Shown piece after piece: positions 12,705 through 28,057 of a DNA stretch of 64,000 nt. Both the position numbers and the translations under genes were made by a program. The stretch lies in the NCBI RefSeq assembly GCF_009914755.1, contig NC_060937.1. One strand, given 5' to 3'. The stretch is from the human T2T-CHM13v2.0 reference genome, Homo sapiens. The stretch's first letter is position 1. The number at the start of each line of letters is the position of its first letter. The notes under the pieces are model-generated. The model was given only the letters and a program-made list of their open reading frames with translations, had not been told where the DNA came from and made no database searches.

Positions 12705-13087
12705 TAGTAGACTCCAGAACAACGCAGGGGTTAGAGGTGTCAACCCCCGTGCAATTGAACATACGTGTATAACTCTTGAATCCCCCAAGACTTAACTACT
12801 AATAGCCTACTGTTGACTGGTAGCCTTATGATAACATAAACATCATTAACACATTTTTGTACGTTATATGTATTATATACTGTACTCCTACAATGAAGTA
12901 AGCTAGAGAAAAGAAAATGTTATTAAGAAAGTCATAAGAAGAGAAAATATATTTACTATTCATTAAGTGGAAGTGGATCATCATAAAGGTTTTCATCTTC
13001 ATTGTCTTCACACTGAGTAGGCTGAGGAGGAGGAGAAAGGGGGGTATTGGTCTTGCTGTCTCAAAGGTGGCAGAGGTGGAAGAAAAT
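12705..13087. mobile_element. Tigger2a DNA transposon remnant
   Basis: cttaactactaatagcctactgttgac...cattaagtggaagtggatcatcataaagg...gagtaggctgaggaggagg match recalled Tigger2a; the right TIR is missing. Confidence 0.85.
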
Positions 13088-13259
13088 AGGCAATGGTAGA
13101 GATTTTTCTACTTTTTAGCTTTTACATTAATTTCTAGGTTTACTTCAAGTAACTAGAGAATGTTATGTGTATTATTTATACAGGTAGAAATTCACTGAGC
13201 TCTTCACTGTAGCCTAATACATGACATTGTAATAAGCATTGTATGGACACTTGAAATGA

Positions 13260-13355
13260 AGGTTTGCCCAGGAATTAAGGGGGCTTCTAGGATGTAGAAC
13301 TTTCAGTGCTAAAACTGAGACAGTCTTGAGTAAACCAGGACAAGTTGTTCACCCT
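13260..13355. mobile_element. MER81 (hAT-Blackjack) remnant
   Basis: ctttcagtgctaaaactgagacagtc...aaaccaggacaagttgttcaccct. Confidence 0.7.
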
Positions 13356-13764
13356 ATCTAAGAATAAAATTCTTAGGTTACTTTTTTTCATTGAGAACTT
13401 TGTAGGTTTTACAGACTGTCATTTTTAGTAGTGAATATAGCATTAAAGTTGTCTGAGAACAGCATGAGTATTTTTCCTCCACTCTAATTGATTTGATATT
13501 TTATCTTTGAAGTTCAGTGACTTTACTAGACCATCTTAACAATGATTCTTCTGTATCAATTTTTCCTGCAGCATTGCATGTCACCTTTATTTGTAGAATC
13601 AAATCTTCACTCAATTCTTGAAAGTTAAAAACAATTATATTAATAAATATTTGCCACTTTCATTATATTGTCCTCTTCTTCAGATAGAAATTATGCCTTT
13701 TTATTCTCTCTGCCATTTATATTTTTCTTATAACTCTTATAAGCCTTAATTTTTGCTTGCTTTT

Positions 13765-13860
13765 CAAACTTTATTTTATTGTTGTAAGAACACTTAATAT
13801 GAGATCTACCCTGTTAACAAATTTTTAAGTGTACAATACAGTATTGTTAACTATAGTATA
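13765..13860 (-). mobile_element. L1MA/L1MB extreme 3' fragment
   Basis: taagaacacttaatatgagatctaccc...tttaagtgtacaatacagtattgttaactata. Confidence 0.7.
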
Positions 13861-14606
13861 GTATTTTCTATTTTCATATACTTTTACTTGCTTTTCTCAA
13901 TTCTCTTCTCTATAATCCTTACTGTATTTCTCACTTGCTTCAGTTTGACCTTTGTTTGTAGAATTATTATAGTTTTACATTTCACTTTTTCCTATGTTAT
14001 CAATTCATGTTTCATCTCTTTCTATTGTCCTACTATAACTTCTCTGAGCTCTTGCATTTCTGCTTTATGCTCTTGATTTAGAGAAGTGGTTGCTTCTTAA
14101 AGATTTAAAATTTACAATGATATATACTTGGTCAAAATGTTCATTTGTTAAATGCAACTTATTTTTTTCTGACGTAAGTGCTTTCTGTGGTATTTAAAAT
14201 TTCTGTTTCACCCCTTGTTCCTCTTTGCAGTATCTTTGAAGGACATAAATTATTTCTGGATCAGCGATTTGTTAGAGGTTTGTGGGGAAAAGGGATCAGT
14301 GCCATGTTTCAAGCTAGCAAATATTCTTCTTAACATTCAGGGTTGTGTGTGTATGTGATGAGTTACTGAAACATTATATCTCTTTAACTAAACTCAGTAT
14401 TTTGCTTTCTAATCTAATTGATGGGTCATTTCCTGCAAAGGTGGCTTCTCTCTGTGATTCCTCATTCAACCATACCTTCCAGGCTTCCTGAAGCTATCAA
14501 GAGTACTTATGTATGTTGTTTCAAACAAGAGATTGTTGGTTTTATCCCTTTAAGGGACAAACCTTGGAAAACTGTATTCTGTTGTTTTCTGAGATTGGCA
14601 GCTTGA

Positions 14607-15032
<426 letters not shown>

Positions 15033-16139
15033 AAAACAATCTTAACAGTATTCTAAATGATCTATTTTGAAAAGACACAGAGCATTAAAATTCTTTATTT
15101 TGCTTCAGATGTCTCTACAATAAAAAATAAAGACTGTTTGTTGTTGTTAAGTGGTTAAAATGATGAGTACATAAAACCAGCTGGGATCCTTAAATATTTA
15201 GGTAACATATCTTGAAGAGTTAATTTTCATGAAAGAGTGCTAAGAAAAAAGAGACAAGAGATGACACCCACCCTAAAGCTGATAGTTAGTGGGTACACCT
15301 AAGTACAGATGAACCATATATTTACAGTTGACATTGGGTCTGCTTGGGCAATTATCTGCTGTGATTGTTAGTTCCTATACTGTACCATTTTTTCATATTG
15401 TACCATTTTATTACATATTTTTAACATTACCCCTCTCCCCAATACAAAGTAGAGATTTGTTACTTATTTGAATACTTTGGTCGGTGTGGCTAGCCAATTT
15501 GAAAGAGTTCTTGAATTTTTCCACACTGACCAGATTAACCAGATAATTGCCGTGTATCCAAAGTATTACTTGAAGCTGACAGCAGAATTTCTACTTCCAC
15601 CTCTTTTTTCCCTTTGACTTTACAGGCAAATTAACTCTACGGTGGCTTTTCTTCTTATCCAAATATTGTATTTATGAATAGGACCCTCTGATTCATATTT
15701 TCTATATTAATGCCAAAGCAATGTTTATATACTAACAGTAAATGGGACTGTTTATGCAGTATAGCCTGGCTGGTTTATTATGGTTTCAGGGGAGCTCCTT
15801 TCTCAGGATGTGAAAGATCTAGTGTTGGAGATCAACAAACCCTTTCAGAACCCATCAGCGGTAGACAAAAATCCTTGCTGCTAAACCTACTACTTTGGCT
15901 CCTTTTCTCCATCAAGGATTAAAGAAGCAAAAACAAAAACACGCTATTCAATCATACCCCAAGCTGTGTTAAGCCAATTTGTGCCAGGGGTGATAGTAAG
16001 AGTGGCAATTGCCTTCAGATTAATTTTATCTTCCTTCCAGGTCCATATCAAATGTTTGCAACCTACCTTCCATCCCAACATAACGTGTTTAATTCATAGT
16101 TTGTCTGGTTAGATTTTGCAGTGCTTAATGTCTCTATTA

Positions 16140-16350
16140 ATAATGCTAATATTTGATGAATATTTACCATGTGCTTTCCATGCTTTTCCTCATTTAATCC
16201 TCACAACAACCCTATATAAGTTTGAACCATTACTATCCCAAGTTATAGTTAAAGAAATTGAAAGTGAGAGATGATAAGCTTATTGTGTAAGATCACACAG
16301 CTAGATAACAATAGTACCGAGACTCTGACCTGGTCCATCTGACCCCTAAG
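16140..16350 (-). mobile_element. MIR
   Basis: ctcatttaatcctcacaacaaccctat...aagatcacacagctag. Confidence 0.75.
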
Positions 16351-16421
16351 CAATGTTGACCCCATGTGCACACTTTCTTCTACTTTGGGCCTCTGTACTT
16401 TATATCCTGCTTCCTTAACCT

Positions 16422-16565
16422 AGTGGTGGTTTTTAATTCTGGCTGCAAATTAGAATCACCTCTTAGTTTTTTAAACAGTATTAATTTCCAGGGATATTAA
16501 TTTAATTGATCTGAATGGAGATCAGATTGATATTTTTTTAAAAGTTCCCAGAGATAAGAACTACA
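16422..16565. mobile_element. MER5-type hAT MITE
   Basis: ggctgcaaattagaatcacct...ttttaaaagttccca. Confidence 0.6.
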
Positions 16566-16729
16566 GCTTTAATCATACATTTTTAATGGGAAAACTTGGA
16601 TACCTTGATTTGTATATACTAGGTTCTCAAGAAAGGCATCTTTAAGTTAATTAAATGACCATAGATTGTTTTCTGATTAATTTAGTAGTGTTTGTGGTAC
16701 AGCTATGTATATTGAAAGAACAATATCTT

Positions 16730-16843
16730 GGCCAGGTGCAGTGGCTCACACCTGTAAACCCAGCATTTTGGGAGGCCCAGGCAGGTGAATCACTTGAGGC
16801 CAGGAGTTTGAGACCAGCCTGAGCAATATAGTGAGATACTATC

Positions 16844-16881
<38 letters not shown>

Positions 16882-17060
16882 TTTTTTTTTTTAATTAGCC
16901 GGGCGTGGTGGCACACACCTGTAGTCCCAGCTACTCAGGAGGTTCAGGCAGGAGAATCACTTGTGTTTAGGTGTTCTAGGCTACAGTGAGCTGCGATTGC
17001 ACCTCTACACTGCAGCCTGGGTGATAGAATGAGATCTTATGTAGAAAGAAACAAAAAACA
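16730..17060 (+). mobile_element. AluJ with A32-TA-T12 central linker
   Basis: ggccaggtgcagtggctcac start; J-type cacttgaggccaggagttt; both arms present. Confidence 0.92.
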
Positions 17061-17168
17061 AAGAAAGAGAGACGGGGGCAGAGAGGGAGGGAGGGAGGGG
17101 GGCAGAGAGGAAGGGAAGGGAGGAAGGGAGAGAGGGAAGGATGGGAGGAAGGGAGGAAGGAAGGAAAA
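17061..17168. repeat. (GGGA/GGAA)n purine-rich tract with a canonical G4 motif
   Basis: GGGAGGGAGGGAGGGGGG at 17085-17102. Confidence 0.85.
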
Positions 17169-17189
17169 TGTCTTAATCAGCCATTTCTT

Positions 17190-17476
17190 TCAAGGGATCA
17201 GGGAGGTCAAAAGAATTTTCATAATAGTAGTAAACACCATTTGCTTTTTCATTCTCAGTCTCTCATGAGTGTAGAGTAGTGTTTTCTTGAGGCTACAGGA
17301 TATGGAATAACATGATGAGTCTGAAAAATAATACGATATGTGGTGATATACTCTTGTGTTCTAAAATTTTCTCAATTTTAATTTCAAATGTGGTAAGTAC
17401 AGGTAGATATAAGCGCTCCACAGTAGTTTTTAAGATTGTAAAAGGGGTTCTGAAACCAAAAAGTTTGAGAACCACC
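17190..17476. mobile_element. hAT-Charlie remnant (Charlie4-like)
   Basis: Terminal ...gtaaaaggggttctgaaaccaaaaagtttgagaaccac. Confidence 0.6.
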
Positions 17477-17574
17477 ATCTTAAGTGATGCCTTAGTGGCT
17501 CTGGTAAGTAAATAAACATTTAGAAATTGTGAAAATTATACCTGCACTTACAGTAGGGCCTGAAATCATTGAAA

Positions 17575-17742
17575 TCTTGCTGCTCATAGTGTAGTCTACC
17601 TGGCAGAAGCATCGGCCTACCTGGGGAGCCTGTTAGAAACACAGAATCTTGAGACGATCCCAGATTTTCTGAATCAAAACCTGCATTTTAACAAGAGCTG
17701 TATGTGCTTTATGTGCCCATCGTAATCTAACAAGCACTGACT
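17575..17742. mobile_element. MER5A
   Basis: cctggggagcctgttagaaacacagaatct...gaatcaaaacctgcattttaacaag. Confidence 0.75.
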
Positions 17743-18199
17743 TAAGAGAATTAGCCTTATCAATTTTATTTGTTATTTATTGCCCTACATCATTTTTATC
17801 ACCTTAATGGAATACGAATCTTCTTGCTTGTTTTTACCCTTCCCACTTTGAGCGCTATCCTATTGTTTAATTTATCCATGTACAGAAGTTTATGATAAAT
17901 ATTAACATTTCAATTTACAGATGGAAAAACTGACAAAAAGCTGGAGAGGTGTGACTATCCCAAAGTCTGGTCAAATGCCAAACTGGGAAGAAAATACAGA
18001 GAGATTAACTCATGCACTGATGCATCTTGCATTAAAAGATAGGAGATGAGTCCCAAACACACAACATGAAAACTCACCATCATGCAGGCAGGACCTCAGA
18101 ATTTTTGAATTATAAGAGGCTTAAGGACATTTTCGAACATGAAATAGAGCCACTGGATGATAGCAGATATGAAGGCTTTCTCCTCTGTACTCACACAGG

Positions 18200-18370
18200 G
18201 CTCTGTGTTTTGGCCTACTGCAGCACCGATCATTTGGTATTAAATTACTGGTTTATATGTCAGTTGCCCAAGACAGACTCTGATTCTTAAGATCAATGAC
18301 TGTGTCTTACTTTTATTTCACATTCAGCATTTACCCCAATACTGGGCACATAGAAAGTGCTCAGTAAATA
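18200..18370 (+). mobile_element. L2 3' end, split by MLT1A
   Basis: ggcacatagaaagtgctcagtaaata; resumes after 18735. Confidence 0.6.
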
Positions 18371-18371
18371 C

Positions 18372-18735
18372 TTCTTAATTTGCTCAGGCTGCCATAACAA
18401 AATACCATGGATTAGGCGGCTTAAACAACAGAAATTTACTTTCTCACATTCCTGGAGGCTAGAAATCTCAGCCCAAGGTACCAGCATGGCTCTGTTGCTG
18501 GCTTGTAGATGGCCACCTTATTGCCATGTCCTTACATGGCAGGTGAGGTGGTGGCCTTGGAGAGAGAGCAAGCTCTCATATTTCTTCTTAGAAGGGCATT
18601 AATTCCATCATGAAAGCCCCACCCTCATGATATTATCTAAACCTAATTGTCTCCCAAAAGTCCCATCTTCAAATACCATCACATTGGGAATTCAACATAT
18701 GAATTTAGGAGAATATAAACATTCAGTTCATAACA
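18372..18735 (-). mobile_element. MLT1A-type MaLR LTR
   Basis: gctgccataacaaaatacca...ggcttaaacaacagaaattta...aacattcagttcataaca. Confidence 0.85.
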
Positions 18736-19146
18736 AATACATATTCAACAAATGAAGAAAAGTAGTTAAAAAGAGAGTAGATTTCAATCAAACTAATAAA
18801 ATGTAATTGGGAAACTATACAACTTTCTGGAAAGATTGTTGTTAAGCTAATCTATCACTTTGGTTTGAGCTCAAATAAGCTGGAGAGGTTCACCTGAATG
18901 TAGCCTCTTGGAGGTTTGTTTCCTTCTTGATTCCAATATTTAAATTTCAAAAATCAATGGTTTACCAAAATGGTTTTCCTAAGTGGTTTATTATATTTAG
19001 TAAACAGCCATGCTTTATTTGGGGTATAACTTATCCCAAGTATTTTTACTTTTACTTAGGAAATCTTTTTTTTGGAAATGGAGGTACATGGAAAACAGCA
19101 GAAGTAGTAATGAAAAGAGTATAGAAGAAAGAAATAATATGTAAGG

Positions 19147-20296
<1,150 letters not shown>

Positions 20297-20313
20297 CCAA
20301 CTAACTTCTTAAA

Positions 20314-20618
<305 letters not shown>

Positions 20619-20758
20619 CTAATTTTTTAATTTTTTCAGTGGAGATAGGGTTTCACCATGTTGCCCAGGATGGTCTTGAACTGCTGTCAAGTTATTCCCC
20701 CACCCCGCCTTGGCCTCCCAAAGTGCTAGGATTACAGGCATGAGCCACTGGGCCCAAC
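20619..20758 (-). mobile_element. AluJ left arm (continuation of 19147-19333)
   Basis: gggtttcaccatgttgcccagg...cctcccaaagtgctaggattacagg. Confidence 0.85.
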
Positions 20759-21264
20759 GGAAGTACATGTTTTATATTACCTCTGCTTTTCACACTTTTA
20801 GAGTTCATCAATAGCTCCTAAATTGTACTCACATTTTTTCTGCTTATTCATATTCCATTTCAACACTTATGAAATAAACTATTGTTATGAGGGTTAGCTA
20901 ACATTTCATAAATTTTCCCCAAATGTTCCTTTTGGTTCTTTTCATAAATTTATTCTTTATTATTTTTCTTTTATCTATGCATTGCTTTTTTATACAACTA
21001 CCCAAATATTTTATTTTCTTTGCTAATTATAGGGGCTAAAACAAACTTGTTAAATTAGATTGAATTGAATGAAATAGATATACACATACTAATACAGTAT
21101 TTTTTTCCTCACAAAACCAGTTGAATTAACTGGGCTGTCTTCGGGTTCTAGTTGATTCTTTCTTGACAGAGGAATTAAATGGAATGAAGCCACACATATA
21201 ACTGTACCTTCTCATGTGCTATTCACCCATCATCAATTTTCTTTCGAAATGTTTTATTAACAAT

Positions 21265-23500
21265 GACATCAGCAGGTTAGTGGATGAGGAAGCTTCAGGC
21301 CCTTGTTCCCCCATAGAAACACCAAATAAACCGCTAGGGTGACAAAAATAACTTTATAGGAACTCTGAAAACAAGTCAAAGATCTACAGCAACCAAACAA
21401 AAGCTCAACCAAGAGAAATCTACCTTCAATATGGTGGGACATTTCATAGCATTTTTACTTACCTTGTCTCACCTTCCCAGCATGGTGAAATCTGGAGGAA
21501 GTAGCCTAATTCCTGGTTTTCCCTTTGGGATGGAAAGAGCAGGGTAGAATTGTTTGCAACATTCTGACCTTTCTGTGGGTCACCTGAGGGTCTGGTCTTG
21601 CCTTGCCTGACTCAGAGCTCAGATAGGGGACACTGGCATATTTTGGATCTCAGGCTAGAAGCTGTAGAAGGCAGTGGCGGGTGTGTACATGAAAACTGCA
21701 AAGGGAATGCAGATCCATGGGCACTTGGGGGCAAGACAGTATGCACAGAGCATTACAATAGGACATCTAAGGCCATAGGAAGCTAGGATGAGACTCTGGG
21801 GAATCAAGACTTTTCAATGCAGCCAGAGATAATTAGGGTGGGTGGTGGGGGAAACACACACATAGACCAAGTCAGGACACATGTTCAGAAAAGACCTGAG
21901 AAGACTTTAAACCATAACCCCAGTCTGATATTGAGGCTCAGGGGCTCGTAAATTACTGAAGGTTTTCCATGCCAGTTTGCAAGATTGGAGAAGGTGGCTG
22001 TTTTTTTAAATACCCAACTTAAATCACAAGGGATGCAAGGAAACAGAAAAACGTAACCCATTCAAAAGGACACAATACAACTGCAGAAACAATCCCTGCA
22101 GTAACACACATCTCAAACTTACTTTAAAACAACTCTCTTAAGTATGCTCAAAGAGCTAAAGGAAATTAGAAAAACAATGTAGGAATAAAATAAAAACTTC
22201 CACAGACAGAAATTAGTAACAACAATAAGGAAATTCTGGAAGTAAAACACGTAAGAACTGAATTGAAAAACTCACTAGAGAGGTTCAACAGCTGACTCAA
22301 ACAAACAGAAGGAATCAGCAAACATGAAGTCAAATCTTTTGAAATTATCAAGTCTGAGGAGCAAAAAGAATGAAGACAAGTGAATAGGGCCTATGAGACT
22401 TATGAGACACCATCAAACAGACCAACACAGGATTGTAAAAATTGCGGAAGGAGAAGAAAGAGAGGGAAAGGGGCAGATAGATTATTTGAGGAAATAATGG
22501 CTGAAAGCGTCCCAAATTAGGAGAAAGGCATGGCTATGTTATCCAAGAAGCTCAATGAACGCTAAGTAGGATAAACCCAAAGAGACCCACAATGAGACAC
22601 ACTATAATCAAATTGTCAAAAGCAAATGACAGAGAAGTTTGAAAGCAGCAAGAGAAAAGTGATGTTCACCATGTACAAGGAAGCCTCAGTAAGATTATCA
22701 GTCGATTTCTTAGCAGAAACCTTAAAGGCCAGAAGGAATAACATTATATATTTAAACTGCTGGAGTGAAAAAAAAATCAACCAAGGATTTTGTGTAGGGC
22801 AAAACTGTCTTTCAAAAATGAAGGAAGGCCAGGCAAGGTGGCTCACACCTGTAATCCAAGCACTTTGGGAGGCCCAGGCAGGTGGATAACTTGAGGTCAG
22901 GAGTTTGAGACCAGCCTGGCATACATGGTGAAACCCTGTCTCTACTAAAATTACAAAAAAAATTAGCCAGGTGTGGCGGCCACACCCGTAGTCCCAGCTA
23001 CTTGGGAGGCTGAGGCACGAGACTCACTTGAACCCAGGGAGAGGAGGTTGCAGTGAGCCAAGATCATGCCACTGCACTCTAGCCTGGGTGACACAGAGAG
23101 AATCTGTCTCAGAAAAAAAAAAAAAGAAGGAAGAATTAATATATTCCCAAACAAAAGCTGAACGCATTCATTACCATAGACTTGTCCAACCAGAAATGCC
23201 AAAAATGGGTTATTTAAGTTGAAATGAAAAAACACTAGACAGAAACTTAAAGCCATACAAAAATATGACATTCTTCAGTAAAAGTAAATACATGGATAAA
23301 TAGAAAACAACAGTATTATTGTAATTTTTGTTTATAACTAATTTTTTTATTTTATACAGAATTTAAGAGATAAATATGTAATAAATAATTATAAATCTAT
23401 GTTAATGAGCATAACATAGTATTATAAAGATATGATTTGTGACATTAGTCACATGAAGTGGGGGCATAGCCTATGAGTACTGTTTTTGTATTTGATTAAA
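21265..23500 (+). mobile_element. Old L1M 5'-UTR plus decayed ORF1 (interrupted by an Alu)
   Basis: ORF1p-like YKEASVRLSVDFLAETLKARR at 22626-22889; ccaagaagctcaatgaac...ataaacccaaagagacccac. Confidence 0.8.
22827..23125 (+). mobile_element. AluS (Sx-like)
   Basis: Full dimer with A-tail; flanks repeat gaaggaa. Confidence 0.92.
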
Positions 23501-23502
23501 AT

Positions 23503-24570
<1,068 letters not shown>

Positions 24571-25162
24571 GCCTTGCATTCCAGGAATAAATCCCACTTG
24601 TTCATGGTGTATAATCCTTTTTATATGCCGTTGAATTCAGTTTGCTAGTATTTTATTGAGAATTTTTGCATGAATATTCATCAGGGATATTGGTCTGTAG
24701 TTCTCCTTCCTGGTAGTGCCTTTGTCTGGTTTTGGTTTCATGGTAATGCTGGACTCATAGAATGAATTAGGAAGTGTACCCTCCTCTTTAATTTTTTGAA
24801 AGAGTTTGAGAAGGATTGGTATAAACTATTCTCTAAATGTTTGGTAGAATTTGCCAGTGAAGCCATCTGCTCCTGAGTTTTCATTGTTTAGAGGTTTTTG
24901 ATTACTGATGCAATCACCTTTTAGTTTAGGTCTATTCAGATTTTTCATTTCTTTATGATTCAGTCTTGGTAGGTTCTGTGTTTCTAGGAATTTGTTCATT
25001 TCACTAGGTTATCTAATTTGCTGACATATAATTGTTACTTCCTTATAATTTTTTTTATTTTTGTAAAATCAGTCATAATGTCCCCTCTTTCATTTCTGAT
25101 TTTAGTTATTTGAGACTTCTCTCCTTTTTTCTTAGTCATTCTAGCTAAAGGTCTATCAATTG
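24571..25162 (-). mobile_element. Inverted 5' segment of an L1MB-like element
   Basis: Antisense ORF2 sequence ccttgcattccaggaataaatcccacttg...ctagctaaaggtctatcaatt. Confidence 0.85.
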
Positions 25163-25169
25163 TGACCTT

Positions 25170-27300
25170 TCATTCAGCATATGAAAATCAGTCAATGTAA
25201 CACACCATATTAATAGAATGAAAAACAACAGCATATGATCCTCTCGATGCATAAGAAGCATGTGACAAAATTCAATATTCTTTCATGATAAAAACACTCA
25301 GGAAGTGAAGAATAGAAGAAAACTACCTCAATATAATAAACGCTATATGTGAAAAACTCACAGCTAACATCATACTCAATTGTGAAAGACTGAAAGCTTT
25401 TCCTCCAAGATCAGGAACAAGGCAAGCATGCCTGCGTTCACCACTTTCATCACTTTCAATATAGTCCTGAATGTCCTAGCCAGAACAATTAGGCAATAAA
25501 AGGAAATTAAAAATTCATTTTCACTTTGGAAGGAAGAAGTAAAAGTAGCTCTGTTCACAGAACATATGATCTCACATGTCACACACACACACACACACAC
25601 ACGCATTGATTATAACTGATACATTCAGCAAAGTTGTAGGATACAAAATCAACACACAAAAATAAGTTGCATTTTTATGCGCTAACAATGAATAATCCAA
25701 ATAGGAAATTTAAAAACAATTCTATTTATTATAGCATCAAAAGAATAAAATGCTGGAATAAACTTAACCGCGGAGGTGAAAGACTGGTGTCGCAGGAAAA
25801 GGGTCCTAATCCAGAGCCCAAGAGAGGCTTCTTGGATCTCACAAAAGAAAGAATTCAGGGTGAGTCCATAGAGTAAAGTGAAAACAAGGTTATTAAGAAA
25901 GTAAAGGAATTTAAAAAACGGCTACTCCATAGACAGAGCAGCCCATTTTTATGGTTATTTCTTGATTATATGCTAAACAAGGGGGTGGATTATTCATGCC
26001 TCCCCTTTCTAGACCACAGAGGGTAACTTCCTGATGTTGCCATGGCATTTGTAAACCGTCATGGCTCTGGTGGGAGTGTAATAGTGAGGACAATCACAGG
26101 TCACTCTCATTGCCATCTTTGTTTTGGTGGGCTTTGGCCAGCTCCTTTACTGCAAACTGTTGTATCAGCAAGGTCTCTATGACCTGTATCTTGTGCTGAC
26201 CTTTAATCTCATCCTGTTAGTTAGAATGCCTTAACCATCTGGAAATGCAGTATGTCTCAGCCTCATTTTACCCAGCTCCTATTCAACATGGAGTTGCTCT
26301 GGTTCACATGCCTCTGAGAAAAGGACATTATCAACAGAGTGAAAAAGTAACCCACAGAATGGGAGAAAATATTAGCAAATTTTGTATCTGATAAGGGATT
26401 ATTATCCAGAATATGTAAGGAATTCATACAACTCAACAACAACAAAACAAACAACCCAATTGAAAAATGGGCATAGGACCTGACCTGGATAGACATCTCT
26501 CCAAATAAGATATACAAATGGCCAATAAGCATATGAAAAAATGCTCAATATCATGAATCATTAGGGAAACGCAAATGAGAAGTACAATAAGATGCCACTT
26601 CACACCCATTAGGTTGGTTATTATCAAGAAAACAGAAAATAAGAAGTGTTGGCAAGCATGTGGAGAAATTGGAACCCTTGTATATTGCTGGTGGGAATGT
26701 AAAATGGTGGAGCTGTTGTAGATAATAGCATGGTGATTTCTCAAAAAATTAAACATGGAATTACCATATGACCCAGCAATTCTACTTCTAGTGTATACCC
26801 AAAAGAATTGAAATTGGGGACTGGAACAGATACTTCTACACCGATGTTCACTGCAGCATTATTCACAATAGCTAAAAGCTGGAAACAACCCAAATGTCCA
26901 TCAATGGATGACTGGATAAGCAAAATGTGGTATCTACATACAATGAAATATTAGCCTAAAAAAAGAAACATGGATGAACTTCAAGGACATTATGCTAAGT
27001 GAAATAAGCCAGTCATAAAAAGACAAATATCATATGATTATACCTCTGATATCTGGTACCTAAAGTATTCAAAATTATCAAGACAGAAAGTAGAATAGTG
27101 GTTGCCCTGGGCTGGGAGGAGGTGGAATGAAAAGTTAGTCTTTAACAGACAGAAAGTTTCAGTTGGAGGAGATGGAAAAGTTCTGGCAATGGCATTAATG
27201 GTTGCCTAACAATATGAAAGTACTTAATGCCACTAAACTGTACACTTAAAAATAGTTAAAATGGTACATTTTATGCTATACACTTAACCACAATAAAAAG
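25170..27300 (+). mobile_element. L1MB-like ORF2 3' half and 3'-UTR (interrupted by MER41A)
   Basis: aagcttttcctccaagatcaggaacaaggcaag; ttaccatatgacccagcaattc; end gtacacttaaaaatagttaaaatggta...accacaataaaa. Confidence 0.88.
25788..26319 (-). mobile_element. Solo MER41A-type LTR (ERV1), no matching TSD
   Basis: Reverse complement of the 23790 element (gccatggcatttgtaaaccgtcatg, tctcagcctcattttacccag); flanks ctgg and aaag. Confidence 0.9.
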
Positions 27301-27545
27301 ATAGTAATACCAGAAAAAATCACATAAAAAAGTCAGATGGCCCATTAATTTTCTTTTTTTCCTGGAAATCTCCCTGGGGCCCACCTTCTCTCTCTCTAAT
27401 CTGGATGCACTCATCTCCAGCAACCCAGTGGCCATCCAGGACCCTCCCTTCCCAGCTCCATTGTTGGAGCCACAGCTTCCTTAATTTATTGCTTGATTTA
27501 TTCCCTGGTTTTGGTGGATAATACTCTCTATAAAAGGGTGTGTGA

Positions 27546-27653
27546 CATGTTTATAGCAGCACAATTTGCAATTGCAAATATGCCACTGCACTTTTGTGCA
27601 TTTATGGAACTACCCCAAATGCCCATCAATGACCGAGTGGATAAAGAAACTGT

Positions 27654-27699
<46 letters not shown>

Positions 27700-28057
27700 A
27701 TGGAATACTACTCAGTCGTAAAAAGGAATGAATTAATGGCATTCACAGCAACCTGGATGGGACTGGAGACTATTATTCTAAGTAACTCAGCAATGGAAAA
27801 CCAAACATTGTGTTTTCTTACTCGTAAGTGGGAGCTAAGCTATGAGGATGCAAAGGCATAAAAATGACACAATGGACTTTGGGGACTCAGGAGGAAAAGG
27901 TTGGAAGAGGGTGAGGGATAAAAGAATATTAATTGGGTTCACTGTATACTGCTCAGGTGCAGCAAAATCTCACAAATCACCACTAAAGAACTTACTCATG
28001 TAACCAAATACCACCTGTTCCCCAAAAATCTGCGGAAATAAAAAATTTTAAAAAAAG
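27546..28057 (+). mobile_element. L1PB1-like 3' end with internal (TG)n
   Basis: gggagctaagctatgaggatgcaaaggcata...aaatcaccactaaagaactta; TSD aaaggg(t/c)gtgtga at 27533-27545 and 28058-28070; (TG)n at about 27655-27696. Confidence 0.92.
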
